Shown here: positions 11,675 through 24,338 of the stretch, piece by piece
Position numbering within the stretch: the stretch's first letter is position 1
How the letters are laid out: every line of letters starts with the position of its first letter
Source of the DNA: Vermamoeba vermiformis
Lineage: Eukaryota
Direction of reading: 5' to 3'
DNA: 64,000 nucleotides
Assembly (NCBI GenBank): GCA_045837725.1
Contig: JBEWZL010000236.1
Coordinates: forward strand, 310,001 to 374,000
Position numbers and translations under genes: made by a program
Notes under the pieces: model-generated
The model's database searches: none
What the model was told of the DNA's origin: nothing
What the model saw: only the letters and a program-made list of their open reading frames with translations

Positions 11675-14600
11675 TTAACGCTTCTCTTCCATGTACCGAT
11701 CCAATATATCGCATACTTGTTCGATTGTTGGCCGTTTTTCAGGGTCCATTTGCCAGCATTGGTTCATGATCTCTTTCAGCACTGGATCACACTCTGATGG
11801 CACTGCTGGAGTTGCTCCACGATCACGGATCTCGAGACCAATAGCCATTTGATCTGCTTCTGAGTGGGGCTCTTTGCGAGAAACAATTTCAAACATGACA
11901 ATGCCGAACATCCATATATCAGATCTGTACAAATTAATCGTTAGATTTAATATTTGCGATCAAATACCTACTTTGTACTGTAGACCATTTGCTTCAAAGA
12001 CTCGGGTGCCTATTGACGAATCATTAAAAAATGAGAGGTCATACGATGAACTTCATACCATCCAGCGAATAGGACCGACATTTGACTTTGTTGTTCCTTT
12101 CTTTTGGTCACCGACTTGACGAGACAGGCCAAAATCTGATATCTTTGGCTCATTTCGACTTAGCTATGAAGTGTGTTAAGATTAGCAAATCACGTGGTCG
12201 GTATCACGAGCACAACTCACCAAGATATTTCTCGCGGCAAGATCACGATGCACGATCTGATTCTTGTGCAAGTGATAAAGTCCTTTTGCAATACCCAGTA
12301 CAATCTCTAGTTGTTGTTGCGGCGTGATCACTTCGTTCATGTTGAACAGTTTGTCATCGAGACTGCCGCCATCGCAGAACTCAAGGATCATCACGGGATA
12401 CGGTCCATCTGAGGACACTCCTAGCATTTGAACCACGTTGGGATGCGGTCGAAGTTCACTGTTTAAAAGAGAGGGTGAATTGTTGACACGTGTCATAATG
12501 AGACCGATGCACTTACACCATGAGTCTCGCTTCACGTGCAAAGTCCTCACCAGTTGCGGATGTGTTGATCTTCAATGCAACCTTTGTACGTTGCCACTCT
12601 GATAGATGTGTTACAACGCTGGTTAATTTAAATCATTATCATGATCTTACCGCCAATGAAAACCTTGCCGTAGGCACCAGCACCGATCTCTTTCTTGAAA
12701 GTAATCTCAGCGTAAGGCACGCGAAGGCGGTTGGTACTGGTCTTGTTTTCAGTTGCGGGTGCGAGTGATGTAATGGCACCGTATTTGTTGCTTGATACTT
12801 CGGGAACAGTCGTGTAAGTTGACGATTGGTTTGTTCGCGGTTCAGCCGTGGGTGTATTGAGCTGTGTCGTGCTTGAAGTGTCATTCAATTCTACTGAAGC
12901 ACTCATACGACGTCCATGTTTTTTGTTCGCTGACTTCTCGCTCATTCGTTGCTCGTTGGCTAGTGCTTTCTCTCTCATTTGCAGTTCCTTGTCCTGCATT
13001 CGCTTTTCCTTGGCAAGCGCTTTCTCTTTCATTCGCTGTTCCTTAGCCAACGCTTTATTGTTCATTTCTTGATCGTTATTCAAAGCCTTTTCGACCATTC
13101 GTTGCTTCTTCTTTTTGCGCGCGAAGTACACTGCGAGGAAGATTGCTGCACCGACGCCGAGAGGAACGAGAATAATGGCTGCAATGTAATCGTTTGACCA
13201 ACCGCCATTGGCTTTCTTTTCTGGAGTATTGACTGCTGTTGTCAATGGGCTGGGAGATCGGGTCTCCACCGGACGGCTGCACATCGGTTGGTGTTTGGCT
13301 CACTGGACTGGGGATTGGAGATAATGGGACCGTGTCTGTAGACCACGTGATCGTAGGGACTATGTCTAAAATTAGGTCTTATAAATGCAAATCACGAAAA
13401 GTACTGACATGGATCTGTATCAGCGATTACGCCTTCACCGACTTCGTCTGCAGAAAGAATTAGAAAACAGTAGTGGTCTAATAGGGACGTACTTGGCAGT
13501 GGCATGATGCGAATGCGTTGTACTTCAGCAAGTAGATCGGAGACGCTTGTTCTGGTTCATGAACAATGTTTGAACGGCGTCTTTTGCCGCAACGTCGTTA
13601 ACGGTGTCGTAGATAATATCGGCTCTAAAATACGCTCCCAACTGTCTTTTTTTGCTTTGTTGTGTTCTTAGAAGCACTGCGTCATTTGAAATGTTCATTA
13701 ATTGCGCTAAGGTGTTGCCTAAAACGTTCGCGAAAATGTCTGACGATGAAGTCAAATTCGTTTCAACCAGCAGCGATAAAGCTTTAAAAAGTTAGTTCGT
13801 AATCACAAAAAAATATATCGCGCTTACTCTCTGGACATAATAACAACGAATTCGACACTTCAAATGTCACAACTGTTCCGTCAAGCTGCCATAATCCTAC
13901 TTTAGTTCCTGGCGCAAAATCAACCTGAGATTGATTATTAGTTCAGTATTTAACAATTGCTAGTACTTACGACAAAGGCTGAAAAGGGATAATACAAACT
14001 TCGACCCAATTCAAATTCACCAATAGGAGTGCCCTGTGGCGCCACAACATTGTTCGACGTAGCTGGCAGAATGGTTGCAGTGTGATTTGATCGGTATGAG
14101 AAGTGCCCTCGTCGAAATCCGAATCCACGTTCTTCAATGCATTGAAGTATTGGTGCAACACGATACCCGACACAGGCTCCAATTTGCAAGTCGCAATAGC
14201 TTGCTTCAGGTGTACAACTACCGCAACCGGCGAACGAAGTGTCGCTAGCACAGCCATTGCTTAGTGGAGATGTTGGTATGTACCCGATATCGCATTGACA
14301 TCTCATGTTGCAGAACTCTCCGCCGTCGCATTGTTCTGTAGTCCCTGACACAATGCCGTCACCGCACACATCACCGAAGAACTAATTGAAAAGGTACTTA
14401 GTAGTGAATGAATATTTCAAGGTGACGAGATTACCATTATATTGTTCTGGGTTTTGTTGGCTAGTTTATCCACGTCAGTCATTACCGCAATGTATCCATT
14501 GCCGTACAAGTCGTTGTAATACCGTGCCGTAGCGGCCTCTCTCAATTGACGATTGTCTGCTGTCCATGTTGTCCTAACTTCTAGTGGCACTATTGTACGG

Positions 14601-15745
14601 TTATTTGCAAACGCTGAATATTCAATCCATGACCCCGTTGTTTTCAACTTTGACGGGAACACGAGGAAACCTAATTAACAAACTGTAAGTCTATCATCTA
14701 TACGTCATGAATATTACCGTCATTAGTTGAAGAAGGGTATCTGATTGTGTAATCATCGCCAGAGGTGTCGTTGAATTGATCGTAAGTTACTTCGGTAAGC
14801 TCGAATATGGTCAGTTGCAAGACGTGCATTTTCATTGTAGTGTCCGTAATAGCAATGATCAGGTGTTCTCCTGCCACCGATATGGATGGAGTGTTGGTAC
14901 TAGGCAGTTTAGTAGTGTTATAGTACGCCTGTGGGGTCGTCCAATCGGAAGATTGAAATCTCATCACGGATGTAGTACCGGTGTTGGATTGAACCAGAAC
15001 ATAGAGAAACGCGCCATCACACGCCATATTGATTTTCTTTCCATATTGAAAAGTCATGTTGTAGACCGAGTTTAATGAGTTGTCCAGAATGGTCAGCCGA
15101 GGCACATCCGTTGAGAAACTTTGACCGACCGCCATGTAGTTGTTACTAACTCGGCAACCTGGCTGTTCAGTATTTCCAAAGCCGTTGCAGCTGAATACAT
15201 TGTACAACACCATTTGGCCTACGTTTTAATTGAATATTATTTTTTTTTTCGTAATAACAGATCTTACCTTGCTGGTCTATTTTGAGCGCAATCTGACAAC
15301 CCGCGTAAAGGCCGGTGGTAAGAGAAGTAATAACAACGACCATTTTATCCGGCGAGCTTAATGCCAAAAATTCTCCTACAGAAGTTCCTAGCAAAGGTTT
15401 CTCGTACGTAGTGGATTGCGTCCAATTAGATGAGAATATTGATACTTTGAAGTAATCAATAGACGCACTCGCCTCCATATTAATTACGGCGTATACATCG
15501 AGATCTAATTGAACTATTTGAGCCTGGAAAATGGATTTGTTTGCCGCAAGCAGATCGGTCGCTGTTACATCAAAAGAAAATTGTCTTCTTAATGGTGGGC
15601 CAGGTGATGACCAGGCATCTAAAAAAACGAATAATTAAATATTACTGTTTAAACGGGTTCAAATAATAAGTAACGGTCGTATCGTACCTGGAGCAAAGAG
15701 AACCAAGAGAGTTGTTAAAAATAATATTACCCTAATAGTATTCAT
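11675..15745 (-). CDS. Receptor-type tyrosine-kinase-like protein with Cys-rich ectodomain
   Basis: Signal peptide from ATG 15745 (MNTIRVILFLTTLLVLFAP). CGDGIVSGTTEQCDGG Cys-rich repeat. TM IAAIILVPLGVGAAIFLAVYF. Kinase motifs GAGAYG, VALK, HRDLAARN, SDFG, GPIRWMAPE, SDIWMFG. Confidence 0.9.
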
Positions 15746-16359
15746 TAATACTCCTCTCTTGTGTTTTTCTAATGATTTAATTTCAATAAGACTGTATCAA
15801 AAAGCCGATTTAAATTTTAAAAAAAAATAGTTGCAACGAATCCAAAAAAGGAAAGTAAGAATCGATCGCGCGATTGCCTCGCGATCATCTATTATTCTCG
15901 TAGAAACGACGAGGCACCTCTATAAGCGGTGAATTATGTACTACCTCGCATCGCTTTGAGCCCACGTTCTGAAAGCAAAATTAAGATTTACAAGCTCAAT
16001 AAGACTCTTCTATTCTCGCCACTTAACCGAGGTTAATCACGATTGGTCGCGACCAAGGCGCTTCGTGAGTCAGGGTATCGCTGTTGAGATGAGCGATAGA
16101 AAGCAGGGCTCTAAGTCCTCGAGGATCTTGATTATCTCACGTTGGCTACATCAGCATCTCTAAAGTTCTACAGCTAACAAGATGGTAACAATTTACTTAA
16201 AATCGCTTTTTGACCAATCGTAGTATTACAACGTCGTTAACTTCCAGATCCGGCATAACTTTTCAATAAACCAAAAAATTTGCTTCAGATGTCCAATTTA
16301 AGTTCTCTCAGTAGATGAGTAGATGAGATGAAAGTTCCAATGATTTGATTATCATGATA

Positions 16360-17112
16360 CTAATATTCGGCAGTTATAACGTAACAAAATCTGCCTTTCT
16401 GCGCAATCCAGATGCGATTACGTTGATACTTGCCGTATCTGAAACTGATAACTCTATCAGGACCATCAGCGTGATTAACGACCGTATGAATATCGTGGTG
16501 AGAGCCATTAGTTACTTCAACCCACAAATCGTTCCATGTGCGGATGTGAGGCAGCTCCTCGGGATCTTGCTGCATCTCGCTAAGCTGCATAACAAATTTC
16601 GGTCCAAAATTGATAGAATATACGGATATGAACAGAAAAACTACCTAAATATTGCGAAATTAATGAATTCTAGTACATGGAATGGATTCGTCATATTTGG
16701 ATTTGCCAAAATAAGAACTTACAAATTTGTTATCCTCAGTCCCCATTAGGTCATATATATTTGTACATCTAGCGCCATTCCAGTTCCAACCTTTTTGCTG
16801 AACAGATTCGGAAGTTTCTTTCCAGATAGGATCACGCAGCACCTTTCTATTCTGATTGTTCATCGGATTTGTAACAAATTCCAGTTCACCTAACTCAAGG
16901 TTTGGTTCAGTAACGGTAAGTGTACCTTGGGTAACCAGTTCAAGCCAGATCGAGCGCCAAAAAGCGGATGGAATCTCGTGGATGAATGCCAGGTTCTGTA
17001 ATTCAGTGCTCGTGGTTAAAGACCCTTTGAATTCATCTTCGTCCTCAGCGCGTTCGAGGACTGGCTTCGAGCCAAAGTAATAGTCGGCTTTATTGTCTTG
17101 TTTATTTTCCAT
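16360..17112 (-). CDS. Uncharacterised protein, local family X copy 1
   Basis: ORFs 16660-17112 and 16360-16590 align end to end with the paralog at 22943-23724 (shared YYFGSKPVLERAEDE.EF.GSLTTSTELQNLAFIHEIPS and SFRYG). Confidence 0.7.
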
Positions 17113-17463
17113 TTTGACGATCTAGACTACAAAATTAATTAAAATTCAGCTAACATGCGCCGTCGCCAAAAATAATAAAATAAACACTTAAAAGTTTTTT
17201 GACTACTTCCAAAATAATCATGGAACTGAAATTGAATTTCACCGCGGATTTGATCTTCAACCAGAAGGATTATTACGCGTTGTGTGGTCGAGTATTGGCG
17301 TATGAGATATTAACATTAACATTGCATTATCTTACCAAGGCTGCGAGGTGTGGTCGCTCCGATTTAGAAGATTAAAATTAAAAGACTTTTTGTCCACGCA
17401 CTCCTCACCGTTAACAGCATATAAATAAGAAGTAATCGACCAGAATACTATTTTTAAACATTT

Positions 17464-19038
17464 TTATTCAGTTTGCATCGGAATAACTAAGTATTGTTGC
17501 GGATCGGTCATTACGTCCGTTAACAACTCGCCAAATTGAATTGTTATTCCTGGTAATTTAATATTATCAAAAATGAGCTTCCATACCTCGAGTGGAAATA
17601 TGGACAAGAACGCTTCAGGTCTAATTGCGATCATTTTGATCGCTGAAAATGTCTTTTGCTTCAGATCGTGCTGCAACTTGTTATTCCGCTTCAGCCAACG
17701 ATTAATATCATGCTTTGTATCCAATCCAAATAATTCTAGTATCCTAATCGCTTTGTTGGACTTCAATGTCTCTGCAATAAGTTTTCCATCGGTATTTTGT
17801 GGCGGCTTGTCCGTGCGTAGATTGAGCTCTGTGAGGGTCGTATTATATTTTAAACTGCTTAAAAATTCCTGGAAATAAATTCGATTTTTGTCGTGTCTGA
17901 GTGGAACTCCCATGTGCAAGATCCGTATCGACTGATTGATTTCCAAAACTTGTCCAATATTCAACATGCCATCTATTCTAATAGGCCCAACTATATGTAG
18001 CTCCGTAAGTGATGAATTGAGGACCAACGCGTCGCTAAAGTCTTCGAACGTCGGATCGATCTCGCAACAATTATCCAAATTCAAGTACTTCAACGACTTG
18101 TTAATCTGCAATACCTCGCTTATATTATTCGTGCTGATAGGGTTCTCGTTCAATGCCAAATGTGTGAGACTCGTGTTGACTTTCAGAGCTTCAGTAATGA
18201 AGCAGCACTCTTCGTCTTCAATGCTGCAGTCTACGACTTCCAATATCTTGAGTGTAGTGTTGACTTTAAGCATGTCTCCTAATGCGCTACAACATTGACT
18301 GTCAAGTTTGCAACGCCGTAACTTTAGCGAGGTAAGTGAAGTGTTCGAAATCAAGCTTTCAAAAAACGAGATCCAGCCTTCAGAATCGTCGAGTAAGCAG
18401 TAAAACAACTCCAAATCTATCAACTGTTGGGGTTTTCTAGCGAAAGCTGTCAAGTGGTCCGCGTAACGGTCAGCAGTGAGATTGCTCAGGGACAACTTTT
18501 GCACCTTGCTGTTCTCTTGCAAGGCTTCAAACAAGGTCGCAAAGCCTTGATCAACATGGGGCATATCGAGCTCAAGTTCTGTGATGCCGCTGTTCTCTAA
18601 CAACATTTCGGCTAACAGCTCCACTTTGTCGTCATTCAGGTCTCCCTCTACAATGCTCAATCGCGTGACAGTGTTGTTGTGTTTCAGTCCGTCGCACAGT
18701 GCTGAAATCATATCAAGTGAAAACTTCGTGTGTGAAATAATAATCGTTTGTAATGTCGTGTTGTCCTTCAGCATGTTATACAGAGACGCGACACAAAATG
18801 TTTGATACACGGCATCACTGGCATAAAATTCCAATGTCTTCACTGAAGTGTTGACCGCTAATGCTTTAAAAATTTGACGCGTAAATTTTAAAGTGTAGTA
18901 GCGGTAGTCAAAAGAAATTGTTTCGAGTGTTCGTGCTGATCGGATGGCATCTGTCAAAAGTTTGAGGCCTCGCTCTGCTTCTCCACTACAATTTAATGAC
19001 TTCATGCCATCGAGAGAGAATGGAATATTTTTAGACAT
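17464..19038 (-). CDS. Ribonuclease-inhibitor-like leucine-rich repeat protein
   Basis: 524-aa ORF with repeated LxxNxxLxxLxL units (ALKVNTSLTHLAL, LKYNTTLTELNL). A splice acceptor near 19081 suggests a further upstream exon. Confidence 0.85.
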   Translation of the reverse strand: MSKNIPFSLDGMKSLNCSGEAERGLKLLTDAIRSARTLETISFDYRYYTLKFTRQIFKALAVNTSVKTLEFYASDAVYQTFCVASLYNMLKDNTTLQTIIISHTKFSLDMISALCDGLKHNNTVTRLSIVEGDLNDDKVELLAEMLLENSGITELELDMPHVDQGFATLFEALQENSKVQKLSLSNLTADRYADHLTAFARKPQQLIDLELFYCLLDDSEGWISFFESLISNTSLTSLKLRRCKLDSQCCSALGDMLKVNTTLKILEVVDCSIEDEECCFITEALKVNTSLTHLALNENPISTNNISEVLQINKSLKYLNLDNCCEIDPTFEDFSDALVLNSSLTELHIVGPIRIDGMLNIGQVLEINQSIRILHMGVPLRHDKNRIYFQEFLSSLKYNTTLTELNLRTDKPPQNTDGKLIAETLKSNKAIRILELFGLDTKHDINRWLKRNNKLQHDLKQKTFSAIKMIAIRPEAFLSIFPLEVWKLIFDNIKLPGITIQFGELLTDVMTDPQQYLVIPMQTE

Positions 19039-19534
19039 GAATCTACGGATGTCGCTTTCTTGAAACGCTATCGGTTTTTTCTAACAGGAAAAATGTCAGA
19101 ATTTTTTTTATTAATAATTAATTATAATTTTGATCGTGTAGTATTTAATTCAAAATATTTTGCGCTTTGCTAAATATTTATTTAAAATTATGACATCCGA
19201 TTTACCTCTGAATTTTGCTCCATGACTCTTTTGGTATCGGCAAGTTATACACGAATTGCGGACTATAAAATATAAATATATGTGTTGGTTTAGTCCCATT
19301 CGCACGGGAATTATGGTGGCTGGTTGAGATGTGTTCAAATAAACAACTTCCTCATTTTGTAATTTAGGTTGCTCCACGTGCAAAACTTAACAGATTTTTA
19401 TCTCCAAGCAGCTGACCGGTCAGCAAACGGCAGTATTGTCAGTGTCACGTCTGTAGATTTTGATTTGAGTAGATCACCCCTTGTAATTAGAAAATAGATA
19501 ATTTACTGTACATCAAGAGTTACTAGGCAGCTAA

Positions 19535-21459
19535 TTATACTACGCTAGTCGTGGTAGCAGGAGCGCTTTCGTTGGTAGATTGCACGTTCTGTGTTAATGC
19601 AGCAACGCTAGGTTGACGAGACATTGACGTGGCTATATGCGACGAGCTCTTCTTATTCTTAGTATTAACATCAAATAAGAAAATGCGCGCAAATGAATCA
19701 AAGAAGATCGTGGCCGTGAGTAACGTAACGCCAATAAATTGAGGGACTGGCCGGGAATTGACGTCTCTAAACACAAATACTATGCCCATAACAACCATGC
19801 TAGTCTTCGAAACTCCGTTTAAAATCATTTTCTGCATCATCTGTTGGAAAAATGGTTAGTTTCCTTTTTGGAAATTAATTTATCTTGTCGCAATCTCGTA
19901 CGCTCGACAATCGGCGGAACCTGCGACCGCCACTTCGAATTCCTTCAGTCCGTTGTAACCTCTTCGTAATCTTTCCAATCGTAACGAAGTAAAATATGAT
20001 AAAGCCAGCGGAGATCAGCACGTAAATGATAGTCAAGGCAGAACTTTCAGTGCCAAAGTAAAAGCCTGTCAAACTGACGATCAAATCTGCGGCGATGAGG
20101 GCAAGCATAATAATAAAGAACGGAACCTTCAGCTTGGCCAAGAACGGATAAATACGAATGGAAGTATCGTACAGCGCTTCATGCCTATTTCGGATCTGCA
20201 TGTTAGCGACACTAATACGATGAGTAGTGTTATATTTTACCAGTAGAACGTGATCAACACGAATGTAGCCGTCGAGTAGGGTAAGCTGATAGTATCCAAG
20301 AAGCTGTCTAATGCTCCTCCGAAGATGAAAAAGCAGCCAAAGGGATCTACCACAACGAACAAAATTCTCCCTTGAAAAGTCGAATTAATACAAAATGCTA
20401 CTATAAATAAGGTATATATAGACGCTTACAAGCATTAGCGATGAATTCTAATGCAAGACAGACTTGCGGCACGTTGAAGTGACTACCTTGAACGCGAATG
20501 AACTGCACTAATTTGTACAGCGAGTAAATCATCAGTCCAACGCTGCACGCGCCAAAAATTACTCGAAAAACAACGATTGTCGCGACGCTATTGACTATGA
20601 CATCCGTCCATTCATTGCCTAATATCGGAAAAATTCGCTAATATTAGCCTCAAGTAAAAAGAATAGCATTTAATCACTTCAATAATAGTTTTAATACTAA
20701 CTCCGTAATTATGCTTACCTTCTGAGGTTAATGTAACGAAGATCTGCTCGCCGTTATTTAGAACTTTTGTTACTGGCGTGAACTCGTCACGCGACACTTC
20801 AACGATCGATATGTTGAATGTCGATAAGTCTTCGTACGTCCATATACAGAAATATTGACCGGGGACAACTGTAAAAACGTCAGGACGCATCCGGAATCAC
20901 ATGACTTTTTGTGTCTCACAAAATTAAGTCCTAATAACTTAGTATGATTTTCAGGAATATAGTCCGAAATTTAGCAAATTCTACGATCCAAAAGCAATTA
21001 AAGAATTGTTAAATAACGAATCAAATCTTTGCTAAAAATGCAACTTTTTTGGTTAGACTAATAGCATTAAAGAACTTACGTGTATCAGTAATATAAACAA
21101 TTGCTTTTGCGCCTCGAGAATATAAGGAGAGAAATCCAGGCCAAATTTGGACGCTCGGGACTGCATCCATAATTGCGATCTGTCCTGCAATATCGCTGCT
21201 ATTGCCAAAGACTAAATATCCTTCTATATTATCGAAGAAAGATCGAAAATCATCGCCTAAATTGCCAAAAGTTTTGTAATCAGTAAAGAACAAGCGAGAT
21301 CAAGACTTAAAAAATCTTACCTTTTTTATAAAATTGGGCGGATCTGATTGTCGTGCCATTTAATGAACTCGATCGAATTATTACTTCGCCGGTTGATTGC
21401 GGAATTATAGCTAGTAACAAAAATAGACAAGCAACCGCTGGTAAACATCGTATAAGCAT
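19535..21459 (-). CDS. Multi-pass membrane protein: signal peptide, PA-like ectodomain and THH1/TOM1-like TM region
   Basis: ATG at 21459 (MLIRCLPAVACLFLLLAII). SRGAKAIVYI resembles a PA domain. VVDPFGCF and TISLPYSTATFVLITFYW|HEAL plus several hydrophobic helices. The family assignment is by motif recall. Confidence 0.6.
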
Positions 21460-22009
21460 CTCTATTTAGATAATTGGGCTTAATAGCTTGTTGATTTGTT
21501 TCTTAACGTTAAAAAAAAAAAATTGCAAAAAATAACCTCTGACGCGTTGCGATGAATTTCGATTTTGACACGCGTGTCAATTTTTTAACTTGTGTAAGCT
21601 GCAACTGCTAAACGCTTTATATATGATGCCAATAATTTGCTTTAAGTAGTTATTTGACTGATAATATTACAAGGTATTCCGTTTCAACTTACGGATCCAC
21701 CGGCAAAGTTTCAGTGAAACCAAAAATACGTATTTTTCGCAGATTTTTTGGTTGGCCCGTATCTTGAAGCTTATAACCATTTCAGGACCACCAATGTGCT
21801 CAAATACTAACTATTGTGTCGAAGTTACCGGAAGATGCCGGAGCATACCCGGACGCGTATAATAACAATGAATAATCCTCCTATAGGCTAATAATATTAT
21901 AATAATTATATAGCCTTTAATCAAAAAGAATACCCTCGCACAGTACCCTCTTATAATAAACAACACACTCTGTGTAACAGTTATTTATTTGTTACATATT
22001 GTATGAATA

Positions 22010-22575
22010 TCATGATAGAAGCATTTGCTGCCTTCCCACAAATCTTTCCAGGGTTGGATGTGATGTGTGCCGATCCGCGGGATCTTGCTTAGTCTCATTA
22101 AGTAGTATTATGAAGCTCCAGCATTCAAAATAAGCTAAAGCATAACGATCATACGCACAGTGACACTCCCTAATAATAGCGAAAATTAATACGCGTATCG
22201 GACAGATTGAAAGGAGGACAATTCGTCCGGTCCCGAAAAATTTATCCAAATTAAGCAATATACTTACGGTTCGCAGATCCTCAAAGCCCAGTAGCTCATA
22301 TTCAGTCATATATCGAGCATACAGTCTAGTTCCATCCTATATTTAGCGGATTCCGAGTTTCTAACATCATTGTTCAGCGGAGACATCCACCCCCAAAGCG
22401 GTACTGATGTGTTGACGCGACTAAATCAAGCCAGACCTCGCCAAAAAGCGGATGGATGAATGCCAAGTTCCGTAATTCAGCGCTCGTTGTTAAGGAACAT
22501 TCAGAATTCATTCATATCTTCTGCTCGCTCGGACCAAAATAGTAGCTTTGAACCAAAGAAATAGCGGGCTGCCAT
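22010..22575 (-). pseudogene. Degenerate copy of family X
   Basis: MAARYFFGSKLLFWSERAEDMNEF* followed by LTTSAELRNLAFI and a QDP-like segment, with stops and frameshifts. Confidence 0.7.
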
Positions 22576-22942
22576 TGTTTTTCTATTGCGATATCGCAGA
22601 TCTAGGCTACAAAATTCATTAAAATTCGAACCATACAAAATATCGAGCGAATAATGTATTGTAATAAAGTGGTATAATTTAAATACGTCAAATAAATTAA
22701 TAGAACTCAAATTGAATTTTGGTTCAGATTCGATCACGCAGAGTACGGTTTCAGAGTCATTGCGTCAGTGTATATTAGACACGTATTCACTTTGGTCAAA
22801 CATTCTTCATCGAAACCGGTGTTGTCTCGCACGCAAAAAAAAAATAACAAATACCGAAACGAGCCTGGTTTCTTTAAAGGTCTTTATAATACTTATTTAT
22901 TATTTAATAATATTACATAACTACGTCACTCAACCAAGAGCA

Positions 22943-23724
22943 TTAATATTCGCCGTACAATACGACGTACCAATGATGCAATTTCTCTCGCTTCGCGAAC
23001 CACACCCTGCTCATGTTCCGATAACCATATCTGAATGAGAACACTTTTTCGGGGCCATTAGACGGCGCAATGGTAGCGTCAATGTCGTGGTACTGCCCAT
23101 TCGTTGCTTCGTCCCATAACTGCTTCCACGTGTGGATGTGATCCAAATGCACCAGGTCTTGTGTCATGACGTTGAGCTGGATGTTCATTGTAAGGCCTAA
23201 GCGTTGCGCCTCCACCATAAATATTGCTACCAACTACTCATAAGATTAATACTAGGAAAATAAGGGACTACCTTAACCTCGGATGTACTAACCGAAATTC
23301 AAAAAGGTTAGTACTTTATATATCCACTTACTTCTTGCAAATCTTCAATACCAATAATCTCCCATACCGATACGTATCTATCCCCAGTCCAGTTCCAACC
23401 CTTGTACTGAGCAGCCTCCGTACCCATTTTCCAGATTGGGTCACCACGAAAGAGTCTCGGGTTAGTGTTGTAGATCTCTTTGCTTGAAGTGAATTGCAGT
23501 TCGCCCGTTTCAAAATTTTCTTCAGTCACTTTGAAGGTACCTTTGTTTAATACGTCGAGCAAGATCGCGCGCCAACAAGTGGATGGAATTTCGTGGATGA
23601 ACGCCAAGTTCTGTAATTCAGTGCTCGTTGTCAAAGAGCCTTCGAATTCATTTTCGTCTTCTGCTCGCTCGAGTACTGGTTTGGAGCCAAAGTAGTAGTC
23701 GCCTTTATTGTCTTTTTTTTCCAT
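22943..23724 (-). CDS. Uncharacterised protein, local family X copy 2
   Basis: ORFs 23308-23724 and 22943-23233 are collinear and similar to 16360-17112. Confidence 0.7.
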
Positions 23725-24338
23725 TATAAAATTAGCTGAAAAAATAAGTTAAAAATAGCCCTGCTACGCACTGAATTTTATAATAAATATGCAACCGCAA
23801 TCACTCGATTTCCAGTGCTGTTGAAATTTAAAAAATTATTCAACGAATGTGAATTTCTTCTTAATAGTCTATAAACGTGTACCTTAAGCTGGTTCACGAG
23901 GTTTTTTGTTCAAAAAAAAAGCGTCTTGTGTGTTGTTTTTCGGTCGTTTTTCAAAGAAACAACGACTAAAATTGATACTTTTTGACCGTTAGTCTTGTTT
24001 TATTGTTTTTTGACTCAGAACCAACAGAACCCACGGACTCCGGTGCCCTAAAATTTAGAGTCATAAATTACGTTTATTCACTTCATTTTAAACTGCGTGA
24101 GTTACGTTAAACGATGGAAGCAAAGATTGTTGGCGGTCCAGATCGAATCTTATTAAATTCAAATATTAAAAAAAAAAATTTAAAAAATAAAATATTCAAA
24201 TATTTAATAGGAGCGCTTATCGTAATTAATTCAAAAATTATTCTTATTTTTTTAAAGACCAATTTGCGCGCGAAACGAGTCAGCAATTAATTTACAAATT
24301 GGCGGTGCTAATTTTATTTTATATTAATATTTTAAATA

